A program made the translations under genes and the position numbers. Positions 25,180 through 39,545 of a DNA stretch of 64,000 bases are shown piece after piece. Under the pieces are notes generated by a model that ran no database searches, had not been told where the DNA came from, and was given only the letters and a program-made list of their open reading frames with translations. This stretch comes from Octopus sinensis. Taxonomy: Eukaryota. The stretch spans positions 131,936,001-132,000,000 of the forward strand of contig NC_042997.1 in assembly GCF_006345805.1 (NCBI RefSeq). Reading direction: 5' to 3'. Position 1 is the stretch's first letter. Each line of letters starts with the position of its first letter.

Positions 25180-26542
25180 GGTATTTTAAATTAAGTTTGA
25201 CATATATCACCATCATCTTTGTTTAAACATCTGCTTTTCCAAGTTTGCATGGGTTAGGTGCAGTTTGTTGAGGCAGATTTTTTATAACCGGATACCCTTC
25301 CTGTCACCAACCTTCACTTGTTTCCAGGCAAGGTAATATTTCCTCACAACAGGACATGTTTTCACAGGGGTTTGGAAACAAACAATATTGCTTGTATAGT
25401 GGCAACATGCTTTTACAACAACCACATGATGTCAAGACAAGGAGATACAAAGACATCCAAGCATATGTGCACACACAGATATATGTGTGTGATGGGCTTT
25501 TTCTTCAGCTTGTCATTTAAATCCATCCACAAGGCTTTGGATGGCCTGGGACTATGACAAGACAGGAAGACACACACACACATATATACACAATGGGCAG
25601 CTTTCAGTTTTAATCTACCAAATCTACTCACAAGAATTTGGTTGGCCAGGGCTGTAGGTGTCAAAGGTGTCAAACAGCGGAGTTGAATCCCAAACCATAT
25701 AGTTGGAGAAAAACTTCTAAACCACACAACTAAGCTTGCACCTACATATTACCAACATATCTATCTATATTCCACAGATCAGCAGGGTAGCTACAGTACT
25801 TTATTCACAGGGGTTTAAGTTCACACATCCACTTTTCTCCAATATGAAAATAAAAGACGTAAAATTTATTGAAGTCTTATCAACATGATAATACCATAGA
25901 TAGTATATGTCTCTGATTTTGTTTCATAGTTGTATATATTTTAAGCATTTTCCTACATACATTATTCTGTGAAAACCATTTCATTGATTTTAATCACGGT
26001 CAGTTATATGAAGCTCTTTCCAGACAGTGTTCACTTCTTCATGTAAAGATAGAATAGAATGAAAGGCTGAAGAGAGGATTACAGCATAATAATCCTTTCT
26101 ACTAGAGGCACAAGGCCTGAAATTTTGGGAGAGATATATTGACCCCAGTATACAACTGGTATGTATTTTATCAATTCCCAAAGGATGAAAGGCAAAGTCG
26201 ATCATAGCAGCATTCAAACACAGAAGATAAAACCAGAAGAAATACCACTAAACATTTTGTCCAGCATTGCCAGCTCACCGCCATACAGTTTGCCACCATA
26301 CTGATGCATAATAATGAAGACACTTTTGAAAGATGATGTTCTCTCCTTTGACTGCAACTTCTTAGCTCTGTAGACTACCATCTCATGCAATAAATGCTTC
26401 AAACAAAAGCAAATGAAAATCAATTTCCGAAGAAATTATGTAGTCCATTGTTCTCTGTTATTTTTCGACAGTCTCATAGTTTTCAAAATAACCATAGAAT
26501 TTCCACAAGTACAGCTAGTTATGCTTTATATGTTATTTCAGT

Positions 26543-26860
26543 TTCATCATCATCATCATTTAACGTCTGTTGTCCATGCTGGCATGGGTTGGAAGGTTTG
26601 ACCAGGGTTGGTAAGCTGGAGGCTGCACAAGACTTCAGTTTGATTTGGCATGGTTTTCTATGGCTGGATGCTCTTCTCAATGCCAACCACTCCAAGAATG
26701 TAATGGGTGCTTTTACATGACACTGGGGTGCATTTACATGCCATCAGCATGGGTGCCAATTTGCGAGAAACTGGTATCTGCCATGACTGTGATTTTGCTC
26801 GGCTTGATGGGTCTTGTTCTCGAGCATGACATAATGCCAAAGGTCTTGGTCACTGCCCGA
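26543..26860 (-). mobile_element. RTE-LINE 3' end with ORF2 terminus
   Basis: The minus strand reads SDQDLWHYVMLENKTHQAEQ before the 3' module and (GAT)n tail. Confidence 0.8.
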
Positions 26861-28459
26861 AATCTATTCCCAAAGCTTTGGTCAGTTATACTATGAGACA
26901 CTTGCCCCAGGTATCACACATTGGGACTGGAAACATGGTTGGACAGCAAACTTCTCAACCACAGAGCCACATGTATTTATTCTTTCCAGGGTACAGTGTG
27001 TATGCGTGTGCTTATTTACCTTCTACAAAATACTCTTACTTGTTTCAGTCATTTGACTGTGGCCATGCCGGAGCACCGCCTTTAGTCGAGCAAATCAACC
27101 CCAGGACTTATTCTTTTTAAGCCTAGTACTTATTCTTAGCCAAACCGCTAAGTTACAGAGACATAAACACACCAGCATTGGTTGTCAAGTGATGTTTGGG
27201 GGACAAACACAGACACACAAACATATACACACACATACATATATGTATACATACATACGATGGGCTTCTTTCAGTTTCTGTGTACCAAATCCATTCATAA
27301 GGCTTTGGTCGGCCCAAGGCAATAGTAGAAGACACTTGCACAAGGTGCCATGCAGTGGGACTGAATCTGTGTGGTAACCTACTTACCACACAGCCACTCC
27401 TACGCCTATTAAGATTATTGTTATCAACATCATCATCAACTTTTAAATCTGCTTTTTTCATGCAAGCATGACTTAGACAAGATTTCTTAAAGTAGTATTC
27501 AATAGTTGGATGTCCTTCCTAATGCCAACCCCAACAGGTTTTCAAATAGGTACTGTATTCTAACGGTTTTCACAAATCAAATACCAAGCAAGATATTTTA
27601 TTTATAGGGGACATAAATAAACATCACCATTGCCCAAGTAATCTCAATGCAAAAACATAAGACAAACAGATGCACATACACATTTATATGAAGGCTTCCA
27701 TACAGTTTCCTTCAACGAAATTTCACTCAAAGCATTGGTGCTAAGCACAGAGATTGAACCTGAAATGATACATTTGCAAAGTGAACTTTCTAACTACACA
27801 GCCATGCCCTATGTTGTTATATGTTTCTGATTTATGTGCCTTCTATATGAGAGTGTGTGGATCAAGGTAGATGTGTGTTTACTAGTTATTTATCTTTTGT
27901 GTGCATGCATGTATCACATTCAACATGCATGTGTTACTTATGTATGTTCTATGATTTCAAGTATGTGTGTGTGTGTATCACAAACACAGGAGAAAAGCTG
28001 TGAAAGCAGCTTAGAGGATCAGGTAAAATATCCTAATACACTATAAGGCTTATTCTACCCTATCCCCTAAGCTATTTTCTCAGCTGTTGTCCTACATTGG
28101 GGATTTCCTCCATTTCTAAAATACCAATCATTCAATGCTTCAAAAATTGCTTATAAAATATTCTCATATAAGCATTCTTTTATTCTTTCACTGGTTTCAG
28201 TCATTTGACAGTGGCCATACTGGAGCACCGTCTTAAAGGGTTTTAGTCGAAGAAATCAACCCCAGGACATATTCCTTTTAAGCCTAGTACTTATTCTATC
28301 AGTCTCTTGCCAAACCTCTAAGTTACAGGGACGTAAACACACCATCAGTTGTGAAGCGATGGTGGGTGAACAAACACAGACACACATAAACATGCACATA
28401 TATACATATACGACAGGCTTCTTTCAGTTTCCATCACCAAATCCACTCACCCTATATAT

Positions 28460-28915
28460 ATGATGGTTGCCAACTCGACTTCAAGTAGAGCCAATTCCTT
28501 GATTTCTTTAGGCCCCTAGAATATCATCAATGAGCTGCACGAATATGGCTCTTGAGGCCTACCAAAGACTTGCATGCTTTTTGACAATTAGTGCAAGAAA
28601 ACTTAGTGATTGTTTAGTTTACAGCTCCATGAACTTTACTATGCCTTTTCAAGCCACTCTTTGATCTGCATACTTAATGACAGAGTATGCATTTGAAATC
28701 ATCAAAATCATTTATAATCAATGTGTGGTTGTGCAATGTGTGATCTCATATGGCTCTTTAGCCAAGCCTTACTAAGACAAATCTTTCCACATTCATCACA
28801 TGTAAGATCATCACGTTCAATAATACTCATTAGAACATCATTCCTGTCACTTTTTCTCCTCTTTCTTTTGATCTTTGTATGCTCCACTCTCTTCCTTTTA
28901 AATTCATCTAATTCA
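28460..28915 (-). mobile_element. 3' relic of a LINE (RTE-like) ORF2 ending in three C2H2 zinc fingers
   Basis: EFKRKRVEHTKIKRKRRK, then CDECGKICLSKAWLKSHMRSH; after a frameshift CILCH*VCRSKSGLKRHSKVH and CTNCQKACKSLVGLKSHIRAAH*. The basic helix plus terminal finger is the pattern of RTE-type ORF2 ends; two internal stops. Confidence 0.72.
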
Positions 28916-29875
28916 TATATATACACACACCTACATAAGGATAAGCATGTTAAAAGGGGTCCATGGGAAAACTCATTTAAATAAAAGGAGTGGGATCCAC
29001 TGTGAAACAGTTAGGAACCAACGCTATAGTAGAAGACACTAGCCCAAGGTGCTACATAGTGGGATCGAACCCAGAAATAGGAATGAGAAGCAAGCTTCTT
29101 ACCACACAGCCATGCCATTAATCATTTTGTAATATATTTGTTGCTATAAAGCATTAAATCATTATTGTACCTTCGGCTGTAATGAGATTTTCATAGTAAA
29201 AGTACAATATCGATTTATTGAAATGAATTCACTTATTGGTCAGCAATGCATCCTAAATTAATGAGATTCACCAGTTGAAACAGATTTGAAGAAAATTAAC
29301 CAAAGATAAAGGGCAGGGTTGAGATTAAGACAAAAAAAATAATATATATAAATAATTTGTATCAATATACACTACAAAGTAGAATTCCAATTATTGTATT
29401 ATTGTTAAAAATTTGATTGAAATGTTCTGTGAAAGAGTCATCTCTAAAAGACACCTAATCAATTTAATCAATTATAATGGCTATCTTCTAGAAAAAAATT
29501 TTTTTAAAGGTCAATTCATGAACTTTTGAATGGCTAATCCAGAATGTAAACAATTGGGGGGGGGGCACAGACAGGATGGCTGTATAGTTAAGTTTGCTTC
29601 AGACCACGGGGTCTTGAGTTCAGCCTCACAACATGGCACCATATGCAAGTGTCTCCCACTATCGCCCTGGACCAACCAAAGTCTTATGGCTGTATTTGAT
29701 AGACAGAAACTGAAAGAAGCCTGTTGTGTGTGTATATATAAGAGATAATGGTGTCATTGAGATCCAAAGGTGTCAGGTAATACTGAATATGTGCTATAGA
29801 CAGACCATAGTTAAGTTCCAGATTCGGTAATATTGTGAATAAAGGGTTCAAAGTTGGTTCTATGTCAGCGTGTGT

Positions 29876-30032
29876 ATATAAGAATTTTTTGTGTAATAAG
29901 ATAAAAAACCAAGGCTATACAGATATTAGAGCATTTATAGATACAAGGTCTTAGCTGTAAGACCTATCTATAAATGCTCTAATATCTATACAGCCTTGGT
30001 TTTTTATCTTATTACGCAAAAAATTCTTATAT
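29876..30032. repeat. Near-perfect hairpin, stem of about 75 bp, 4-nt loop
   Basis: Three mismatches and one 3-nt bulge; loop gctg at 29954-29957. Confidence 0.93.
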
Positions 30033-31284
30033 GTATACATATATATATATAATGAGATTATATATACATATATATATATAAATATATGTATATGCATATG
30101 TGTTTGAATGTTTGTATGTAAGTGTATATCCTTGTCTAGACGTCACGTGATGGTTTTAAATGAGCATAGATGGCATACCAGCAAGGTAGTCTGCTTCCAG
30201 TCTTCTGTGAAAACATATTGGGACAGGGAAAAATTATACCTTGCTTGGAAACTCTATTGAGTTGGCATGCATTTACATCCTTATAACTTAATAGCTTGGC
30301 TAAAGAGACTAATAAAATAAATAAGTACAAGGGTTTAAAAAAGTCCTGGGGCCCATTTCATTTGACTAAAATTTCTTCAAGGCAGTGACCCTGCATGATC
30401 ACAGTCTAATAACTGAAGCAAGTAAACTACGCACACACATCATAAAGACTACATTGTGCAGGGTTCATAGCAACCTCATTAGTGCTGGTACATGGTGATA
30501 AAAATGCACCCAGTACCTCCTGTAGATGGGTTGGTGAATGATGGAGAGACCGCATAGAGCAGGGAGGACTCTTTAGGCTTATCAAGGACCAAGGACTTGA
30601 CGGCAGCTTTGTTGCTGGTGTCCCATTACACCAGGTACTCAATGTAAGGTGGTTAGTGTAAGGAAAGGCATCAATATGAAGAAACCAAGTCAAAAGGAAA
30701 CATATGAACAAGACATGGCCCTCCAGCTTATCTAAGAAGGTAATAACTCCAAATAAAAACTGACTTGGATTGTGATGACCCTTACCAACGCATATGATGA
30801 TTATGATGGTGTATATCACCTTGGTTTGGCAGAACTGGAAGACCTAACAAATAAACTTTATGGTTTTGGTTACTTCCCTTTACACTTAGGTTGTCATCAG
30901 TTCCCAACATAAAGTCGGTAAAATAAGTACCAGACAAAAGTATTGGGATTAATACAATAAACTAAAACCCCTTAAAGGCAGTACTCCAGCATGGCCACGG
31001 TCCAGTGACTAAAATCAGTTAAAGAATGTATGAACTAATTTCAAAATAGAATTACAATTTTAGTGAGCGATAGAGAGGGAGAAAGAAAGAACAGAAAAAG
31101 CAATCATTGAAATTAAATATCAGATGTTTTGATAAAATAATTCATTTACTGTTACAGCAATCTATCAATCAGTGAGACACAGTTTCACAATGTTATTTTA
31201 GATTCTGTTTCAGACAAACGAAAAAGGTTGATGACATGCTTGTCAGATGGTTACACAGACATGCAGAGAGCATTACATTAAGCA

Positions 31285-31625
31285 AATCATCATCATCATC
31301 ATCGTTTAACGTCCGTTTTCCATGCTAGCATGGGTTGGACAGTTCGACCGGGGTCTGGGAAGCCAGAAGGGCTGCACCAGGCTCCAGTCTGATCTGGCAG
31401 TGTTTCTACAGCTGGATGCCCTTCCTAATGCCAACCACTCCATGAGTGTAGTGGGTGCTTTTTTACGTGCCACCGGCACAGGTGCCAGGCAAGGCTGGCA
31501 ACGGCCATGATTGGTTGGTGCTTTTTACATGCCACCGGCACGGAAGCCAGTCAAGGCGGCGCTGGCATCGGCCACGTTCGGATGGTGCTTTTTATGTGCC
31601 ACCTGCACAGGGATCACAACTACAA
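31285..31625 (-). mobile_element. RTE-type 3' module, well-preserved copy
   Basis: (cat)n cgtttaacgtccgttttccatgctagcatgggttgg... with three to four gtgccaccggcac-like units. Confidence 0.8.
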
Positions 31626-32349
31626 ATGGAGAGAGATATGATTTGCTCCTTGAATATAATGCCAGCTTTTGCTAGTAACACTCCTTGAAGATCTGATAAC
31701 CTAGGTGAAATGAGACAACTATGGAATGTAAGTAAAATGTAAGCCTAAATGTGCAACACAAGAGCTGATTTACTTTAAAAAAACACATAACCAACCGCCC
31801 ATTTTGTTTCTACTGTTAGATAATAGATACGGACCGCAATAAACACTTTGATAGCAGATTTATGTCAGTCTGTTTAAAGTACAGTAATTTAAGTCAGGAA
31901 GGTATTATTATAAAAATAAAGTTAATTATAGATTTAGTGAAAATATGCTAATCAATATATATGATCACCAGCTTCAATTATGTTATTTAATTTTCTGTTT
32001 TGGCAGGGTTTTTTTTTTTAAATTTCTATTTTCATTTATCTTCTATTTTTTACTTGTTTTAATCAATAGACTGCAGCCATGCTGGGTCACTGCCTTGAAG
32101 GGTTTTAGTAAAAGAAATCAACCCCCAGTACTTGCTGAGTAAGTGAGGAGAGATTCCTTTGATATTAGACAGTAGTTATTTACCATTGTTATCAGTCACA
32201 GGACTATAATGCAGACAAGTAATTTATTAGCTTACAATACTGAGTTCATTTTCTTCCTACAGAAAAATCTATCAATTGTAAGACTACCCAAGGGAAGAAT
32301 TTTTTTTTTGTATTTCTTGTCTGCATAATGTCACAGCATATGTTATTAA

Positions 32350-32859
32350 CCATTTGTGGGCTAGCAGGGTCCCTTGGGACCCAAAAAAATTTTTTAAGTT
32401 ACGCAACTTTTACATTTTTTATTTAAATGATTTTATATCTCATGACTTTTATTGTCAGTAGTTTATGTATGGACATACAAATTTTGAATTAAAAATTTCC
32501 AGTCATATGGACATTATAACATAAAACATGGTCATTGGAGTCCAACTGGACTCTGTTGACCTTCGGTGAAATTATTTTCTCTGTTCTTTTTTCAGATATT
32601 CTGATGAACTAAAAGTCAATTTTCATCATATTTGTACTGGTATGAATCAATATACTTTTTTGTTTTATTTTATATTTGTGCTATATGTATAGTTTATAAA
32701 CTATAAAAAAAGTGCTAAATTTCTTGTTCTGTATCATGCACTCACATATATACAAGGTTAAATGAATATTACCTTATGGATAGTGCAGAAATGCGCAAAA
32801 ATAAAAGGGGACCCCAATGGCCTTTTGTCTAATTCCAACCCCTGTCAGCCTACAAAGGG
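32350..32859. mobile_element. piggyBac-type MITE family 2 (510 bp)
   Basis: TTAA|ccatttgtgggctagcaggg ... ccctgtcagcctacaaaggg|TTAA; subterminal gggtccc/gggaccc motifs. Confidence 0.8.
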
Positions 32860-34255
32860 TTAAGCATTAATCTAGCAGTTCAGGGAGGTTTGTGAAAGGA
32901 CAAAGACATACAAAGAAGGGCCAAGGCAAAGAACAATAAAAGGACGACATTTTAGCAATGTAGAGAAAGGAGGGGATTGAAAATATATGTTTCATGAAAA
33001 GGACAATGTTTGATGCTTATAAAATTAAGCATGACTGTGTGGTTAAGAACCATGTTTTGAGTTCAATCCACAGCATGACACCTTGGGAAAGCATGTTCTA
33101 CTATTGCTCCAAACCAAAAAATGCATTGAGACTGAATTTAGTAAATGGAAACTGTGTGGAAACCCATCAAGCATGTGTGTGTTTCTGACAATTGTTGTTG
33201 GTTTATTTATGTCCCTGCAACCTAGTGATTAATCAAAAGAGACCAATAGAATAAGTGCCAGACTTTTATCATTCTTCATTACCATGCTCTCACAACAACA
33301 AATTTGTCCTTCTCATCACCTTGCCCAAAGTCATCCCTCTCCCCTAACTTTTCTGGTGTGGTGGTTGTTTAGCCTTAGTTACAAGGTAATCTCACCTGTA
33401 CAGGTACCACACAAAAAGCACTCCATATACTCTGCAAAGAGGTCAGTATTAGGAAGGGCATCCAGCCATAGAAGCCATGCTGAAACTAATGCATTAGAGT
33501 ACAGCAAGTTCCTCCAACTTGTCAGATTCATGTTAAACCATCCAGCCCATGCTAACATGTGAATGTGTGGTGGTCTGTGCATAAGGGGAATGTAAAACAA
33601 TAATAATAATAATTTCATTTATTCTACATCTTTCTATAATAACCACAATTATCTCATCGTTATTTTTATATAGGCACAGGCATGGCAATAGGTGCAGGTG
33701 TGGTTATAAGTGCAGGTGTGGCAATAAGCACAAGCATGGTTGTGTGGTAAGAAGCTTGCTTCCCAACCACATGGTTCCAGGTTCAGTCCCACTGCATGGC
33801 ACCTTGGGCAAGTGTTTTCTACCATAGCCTTGGGCCAACTGAAGCCTTATGAGTGGAGTGATTAAACAGAAACTGAAAGAAACCCATCATATATCTATAT
33901 TTATATGTGTGTTTGTGTGTGTGTGTGTATGGCTTTGTGTCCATGTTTGCTCCTCACCATCATTTGATAACTGGTGTTGATTTGTTTATGTCCCTGTTAC
34001 CTAGCTATTTAGCAAAAGCGACCACTAGAATAAGTACCAGGCTTTAGAAAAATGTACCAGAGTGGGGGGGGTCAATTCATTCGACTAAGAATTCTTCAAG
34101 GCAGTGCTCCAGCATGGTCGCAGTCTAATGACCAAAACAAGTAAAAAATAAAAGACATATTCACTTTTCTATGCCTGCCTTGAACACGTCCTCCCCAGCA
34201 CCCAGTATTCAGTCCTTCCTTATCTTCTCTGTGAGGTTCAGCCTCTTGAGATCTA

Positions 34256-34728
34256 CCGTAAATCCTTGAGTATAATCCGCACCTTTTTCCCAAAATTTAA
34301 AGGGCAAAATCTCTAGTGTGTACGAGGTTAAAAATGAAAATTATTTTCTAAGCAATGTCCGAGTCTCTATTTGCTGTCCAGCAATGTTTATTTAGATGCA
34401 TTTTGTGATGTCGAGCGCGAAAATACCTTAAATCATCCATAACTTGCAGTTAGCAACATTTATTAAACGTCATTACTGTTATTTCTTTATTTTCTGCAAA
34501 CAAAATGCACAAAAAAGCTACACGTTTGTATTATGTTATATATACAATAATAATAAAGGACGTTACCGTATACAGTTTTACAAACCAAGGACGTTATATA
34601 GACCTCCTTGACTCAAGTTAGAGAAGGGGTGCGTATTATACACAAGGTTTAGGTTTTTCAGAGGTACAGCCCCCTAAAAATCCCCTGCATATTATACTCA
34701 AGGGCAGACTATACTTGAGGATTTATGG
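34256..34728. mobile_element. Tc2/pogo-like MITE with TA target duplication
   Basis: TA|ccgtaaatccttgagtataatccgc ... gcagactatacttgaggatttatgg|TA. CCGTA termini are characteristic of Tc2-type elements. Confidence 0.78.
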
Positions 34729-35681
34729 TACTTTCACCATATCTCCATCTTTTACAGGTTCTTTCTACTTGGATTGTTTGAGTTTTTTCTTTTTTCTCTT
34801 TTTCCCCAACAGCAATAATTAGTAGATCTAACAGAGTAACTTATGACATTCTATGTAATTCTATTTAGTTCACAATTAAATTCATTAAATAAAGTCTGAA
34901 AGGATAATATACAACTTCACATAATTTTAAGTCCTGAAAGTGCATTTTTAATTGTTATTAGTGACGTCAAGAGTGTTACTGATGTTGTCATCATTAGCCA
35001 ATATAGACATCACTAACAAGAATTAAAAATGAACTTTCAAGACTTAAAAGTATGTGAAAATGCAATTACATTAAATAATTTTCTTCCAAACTTTGCTTAA
35101 AGTATTTCTATTTTACTCTTTTCTATTTTTTTTTTTACCAGCATGGAAGATGAATGATGATGATGATGACAACTATTTTATATGAACGTTTCTTTTTTTT
35201 CTATTTATCTAATTCCTGGCATTCATTAATGTATTTGTCTGCAGATGCAACTATTGCCCTAGCAGAGATAATCTAGGAAAAGTACTTAAGTGCTAAACAG
35301 CAGGAATAGAAATGGCCAAGAGATAAAATTAAGATAACATTCACAGAAACATTTAAACCATTTCTTCAGCTTTTAAAGAGTATTAAGGAGCCAACAGTTG
35401 GCTATTAATTACACAGATGCCGAAAGGCTAATTAACTGAAGCGCTAGGTCACTGGATGGAATTCTGAACTAGAGTTCAAGCTTTGATATTAATCAAAAAT
35501 CAGAAAATACTTCAGATCAGACAACTCCAAACTCTTTACAAAGCTCAGGTGAAATCTACAATAGAGTACTGATCTTCTATCTGGAGCGAGAGCTGTTGGT
35601 TTACACACATAGATATCAGATCACATCCAAAGGAAAGTCACTCAACTGATGGGCACAAGATCATCAATACACTGTCTAGAT

Positions 35682-36009
35682 CAGTGGTTCTCAACCGGGG
35701 TCCATATACGATTTGGGGACTGGGGTTCATGCAACAAAATAATAAATTGGGGTTCCACAACAGTATTATAAGGGTCCCTGAAAAATTTTTGCTTTAGATG
35801 TATGTATTGGTATGTACTGCAAGAAACAGCTCGATTTCTTTCTTTAACATATTTCAACCTACATGAGTTAATGTGTGAAAAGCAACATAGGAATTTTGAA
35901 AGAAGTTTCTATAAAATTAGTTTTTAAATATCGAATGGCTATGGGGGTCCACCGGAATAAAATAATAATCGAAGGGGGTCCATACGTAAAAAATGGTTGA
36001 GAAACCCTG
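35682..36009. mobile_element. hAT (Charlie-like) MITE
   Basis: TIRs CAGTGGTTCTCAACC ... GGTTGAGAAACCCTG. Left flank gtctagat fits the NTCTAGAN target; right flank gtccactt matches only partly. Confidence 0.78.
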
Positions 36010-37689
36010 GTCCACTTTTGGCATCTTTTTACTGTTAGTACAATGGCCTCAACTCTCTTGTGTCATGCTAGCTCACTTAAGCACTCCAAACTCGCATGTC
36101 TCCTCATCATGTCCCCATATTGTGTGTTCCCTTCTCTACCCCCTCACTAACAACAGTTCTTAGTCCATCTTCCCTGGAAAGTCATCTCCCTGAAGTTTCT
36201 TTCTTGCATATGTATTTTCTGCAGCCAATATCAAGCACATTTTCAAGAGAAACATTAACTGTGTCAATCTCACTGGTTTCAAAGGACATGCAAAGTCCAA
36301 GGGCACAGCCCTTTCTTCCAGACAAAACCCATAAAAAAATTAATTATCTTTAACAACAACAACAGCTGCCGCTGCCACCGCTGCCACCACCACCATTTGA
36401 CATCCATTTTCCATGCTGGTATGGCCTGGGTGGTTTGACATGGGGCTGGACAGCTGGGAGCTGACCAGATTCCAACTGTCTGTTGTGGCATGATTTCTAC
36501 AGTTGGATGCCCTTCCTAATGCCAATCACTTAATATGCTGGGTTCTTTAAATCCATTATATGAGAAAATGCAATTTAAGTTACAAATACTGAAAAGACAT
36601 TTATCAATAATCCACATTCACATATTCCAGTCATCATTATCCATTTGACTTTTTTTTCATATATGTCCTCAGAAAACAAATAATGGTGGTGCTCCAGCAT
36701 GGCTGCAGCTCTCAAGCTGAAACTAGTTAAAGTTAAATATATAAGTTAAATATGTCTGGATTGGAATATATTTCCAGATCTTGTAGGCACATGTGTAGCT
36801 GTGTGATTAATAAATTTGCTTCCCAGCCAGGTAATCTAAGGTGAAGTTCCACTATGTGACATCTTGGGCAAGTGTCTTCTACTATAACCCCAGGCCAACC
36901 AAAGCCTTGTGAGCAGGTTTGGTAGACAGAAACTAAAAGAAGAATGGCGTGTGTCTGAATGTATTCTTGCCATGACCTCATGAGATGGTTGTAAATGAGG
37001 ACCACTGTCATATAAGTGGTGTTGTTTGTTTCTTGTCTTCTGCAAAAAAGCATGTCTGGCCATGGGGAAATATTACCTAACTTAGAAAAGAAAATGGGGC
37101 AGCAATAGGAAGGGCATCTGGCCATAGAAAATCGGCTTCAACAAATTCCATCTAACCCATGCAAGCAGAGAAAAGTAGATGTTAAAACAATGAAGATGAT
37201 GATGAAGCTGACCTTCCTAGTGTGATGTTCATAATTTATGTAAACCCTGAACCACTCAATATTTCCAGACATATAAATATATTTCTAATGTGTGTCACTG
37301 ATGAAACACAGACTTGTAGGACCACTATCAGCTCAAACAATTATCTTTCTTTGTAATATTCCAGCTTATGTCAAGTGTTTGTAGCCTTCAGTGGTCAATG
37401 AATACTGCTCCCTACTATCATGTAGTACTTACTCATTCAACATAGTGTCCATTATCACATGGACAGGTAAGTACAGATGCTTATCTAGTGTGTAGCGACT
37501 AATGCATTTCCTTTATATGTAAAAGCGTTCTTTTATTAGCTTACAATCAGGTTTATTTCTTAAGTGTCCCACCATTACATGCACAGCTCAATCAACTCCA
37601 GTTAATACAGAATCTCGGCCCTCAACGCTATTCAACACAACACTTGATATTACGCCTACTTTCTGGGAAAATGATAACTAATCAATTTT

Positions 37690-38050
37690 TATGTGTCACC
37701 GGCACAGGTATCTTAACTACAATTTCCATTTGATTTTGATTTTTCAACACCAACATCAAAATCAAAATAAAGATCAAATGGAAATTGTAGTTAAGATACC
37801 CGAGCTGGTGACACATAAAAGCACCAACCGATCGTGGTGTTTGCCAGCCTCCCCTGGCCCCTGTGCCGGTGGCACGTAAAAACACCCACTACACTCACGG
37901 AGTGGTTGGCGTTAGGAAGGGCATCCAGCTGTAGAAACACTGCCAGATCAGACTGGAGCCTGGTGCAGCCTCCTGGCTTCCCAGACCCCAGTTGAACCGT
38001 CCAACCCATGCTAGCATGGAAAACGGACGTTAAACGATGATGACGATGAA
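37690..38050 (+). mobile_element. RTE-type 3' module, well-preserved copy
   Basis: ggcacgtaaaaacacccactacactcacggagtggttggcgttaggaagggcatccagctgtagaaac...ggacgttaaacgatgatgacgatg. Confidence 0.8.
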
Positions 38051-38499
38051 AGAGTTTCAAATGTTAAATATTGTTCTGACAATTCGGGTATACATTAACA
38101 TTTGCAGAGCAAACATATGCAGGCAAGAGTAAACAAATAACAAATAAATAAATACGTAACAAATGTTTTAACAAAGAAGCTGAAAGCTACAAAAGATTAT
38201 ATTTCTTTTCAGAACATAATTCCTTTAGATTGGATATAAGTTCAATGTTGTCACAAACAAATGCTCATAAAATTCTCCATTATTTGCAGTAAATCTCACC
38301 AGCAACTAATATCATTATGAACAGCATCTCATGGAAATTCAATTTCTCTTGAATCAATAGATTTTTATCTTTTGCAATACTCAGCAGGATCGTTAGAAAT
38401 AATAGGAATTAAATTTTATACACAAGATTTCCCAGGAATTCATAACAATGATTAGTTCTTAATATTCTGTTTAAAAAAAATCACACAAAAACCAAAATA

Positions 38500-38866
38500 A
38501 TAACAAAAGCACCCAGAGAGCAGAAACCTCTGCCAAGGCAAAAGCAACGTCCACTCAACGATTAGCCAGAGAGGATTTTTAAAATGAGAATATCTGAAAT
38601 AAACTCGACTGTTCTCACAAATAAGAATACTAAACATGAACCTGACTGTTCTCAAAAATTAAATAAAAAAAACAGGAAAATTAATCCAGAATTCTTGTCC
38701 AGTACCAGATCAATCCCAAAATCTAATCAGTTCATGCCAGTCACGAGGTCAAACATCCCTGAAAGTTTCATCCGAATCCATCCAACTGCTCTTGAGATGT
38801 TCACAGACAAACAAACAAACATGACTGAAAACAACACCTCCACCTTTGCTAAGGTGGAGCTAATAA
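38500..38866 (-). mobile_element. HINE-like element (second family), inverted copy
   Basis: Reverse complement of the 56.4-kb element, including the ctccacctttgctaaggtggag hairpin. Confidence 0.65.
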
Positions 38867-38879
38867 AGTGATGAAGTTT

Positions 38880-39060
38880 CTATGCTATAAATCATCTTCA
38901 GTGTATATTTGTTTTTCTAAGCTTGTATGGGTTGAACAGTTTTCTCCAGTACAGTGTCAGATCCTTGATGAGATCTAATCTCCTAAGACCAACCTTCACC
39001 ATTGCTTCCTAGGTTATCCGCAGCCTTCTTCCCAAGATCACTTACACTTCGTCTTCACCA
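38880..39060 (-). mobile_element. Old RTE LINE 3' fragment
   Basis: GRRLRIT*EAMVKVGLRRLDL resembles the GRPRKTWDEVVK.DLR.LGL end of ORF2 and is followed by the tail aacccatacaagc. Confidence 0.55.
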
Positions 39061-39545
39061 TCATACCCTGCCTAACATCAACCACTTTGCAGCAATGCAT
39101 GTTTTTTGTACCACCAGTACTAGCAAGGTCATCATGCAGTTTGCAAGACTATGACCCCCAACCCTGCAGGAGAAACAGGGGGACTTATGGAAGGAGATGA
39201 AGGGGAAAAAGATGGGTAAAACTATGAGAGGAGAGTCCAGAGCAGAACAGTTTTCTTGTTGGATAAGAGCTACATGACTACTCAAATTTTAGAAGAGTGG
39301 GAGTGATTGCGTGGAACCAGAGAGTGATGAGGGAAGTAGTAGGAGATGACTGACAGAGCTGAGCAGAAGGGTTAAAAGAAAGTTGACGTTGGGTAGGCTT
39401 CATAAGTGGATAGGGAATTTCACCCCCCTTGGATTGCTAAGTACTTCATTACCCAACTGCATCACATAACCGTATTATCTTCCTTCTACTATTCTACACC
39501 TGATTTCTCTTACACGGTTTTTCTCTCAGCTTATTTGTCCTCCAT

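Noticed and set aside
28708-28926. Host C2H2 zinc-finger gene
   Set aside because: Internal stops, a frameshift, no start context or splice signals, and a LINE-type basic helix before the fingers.
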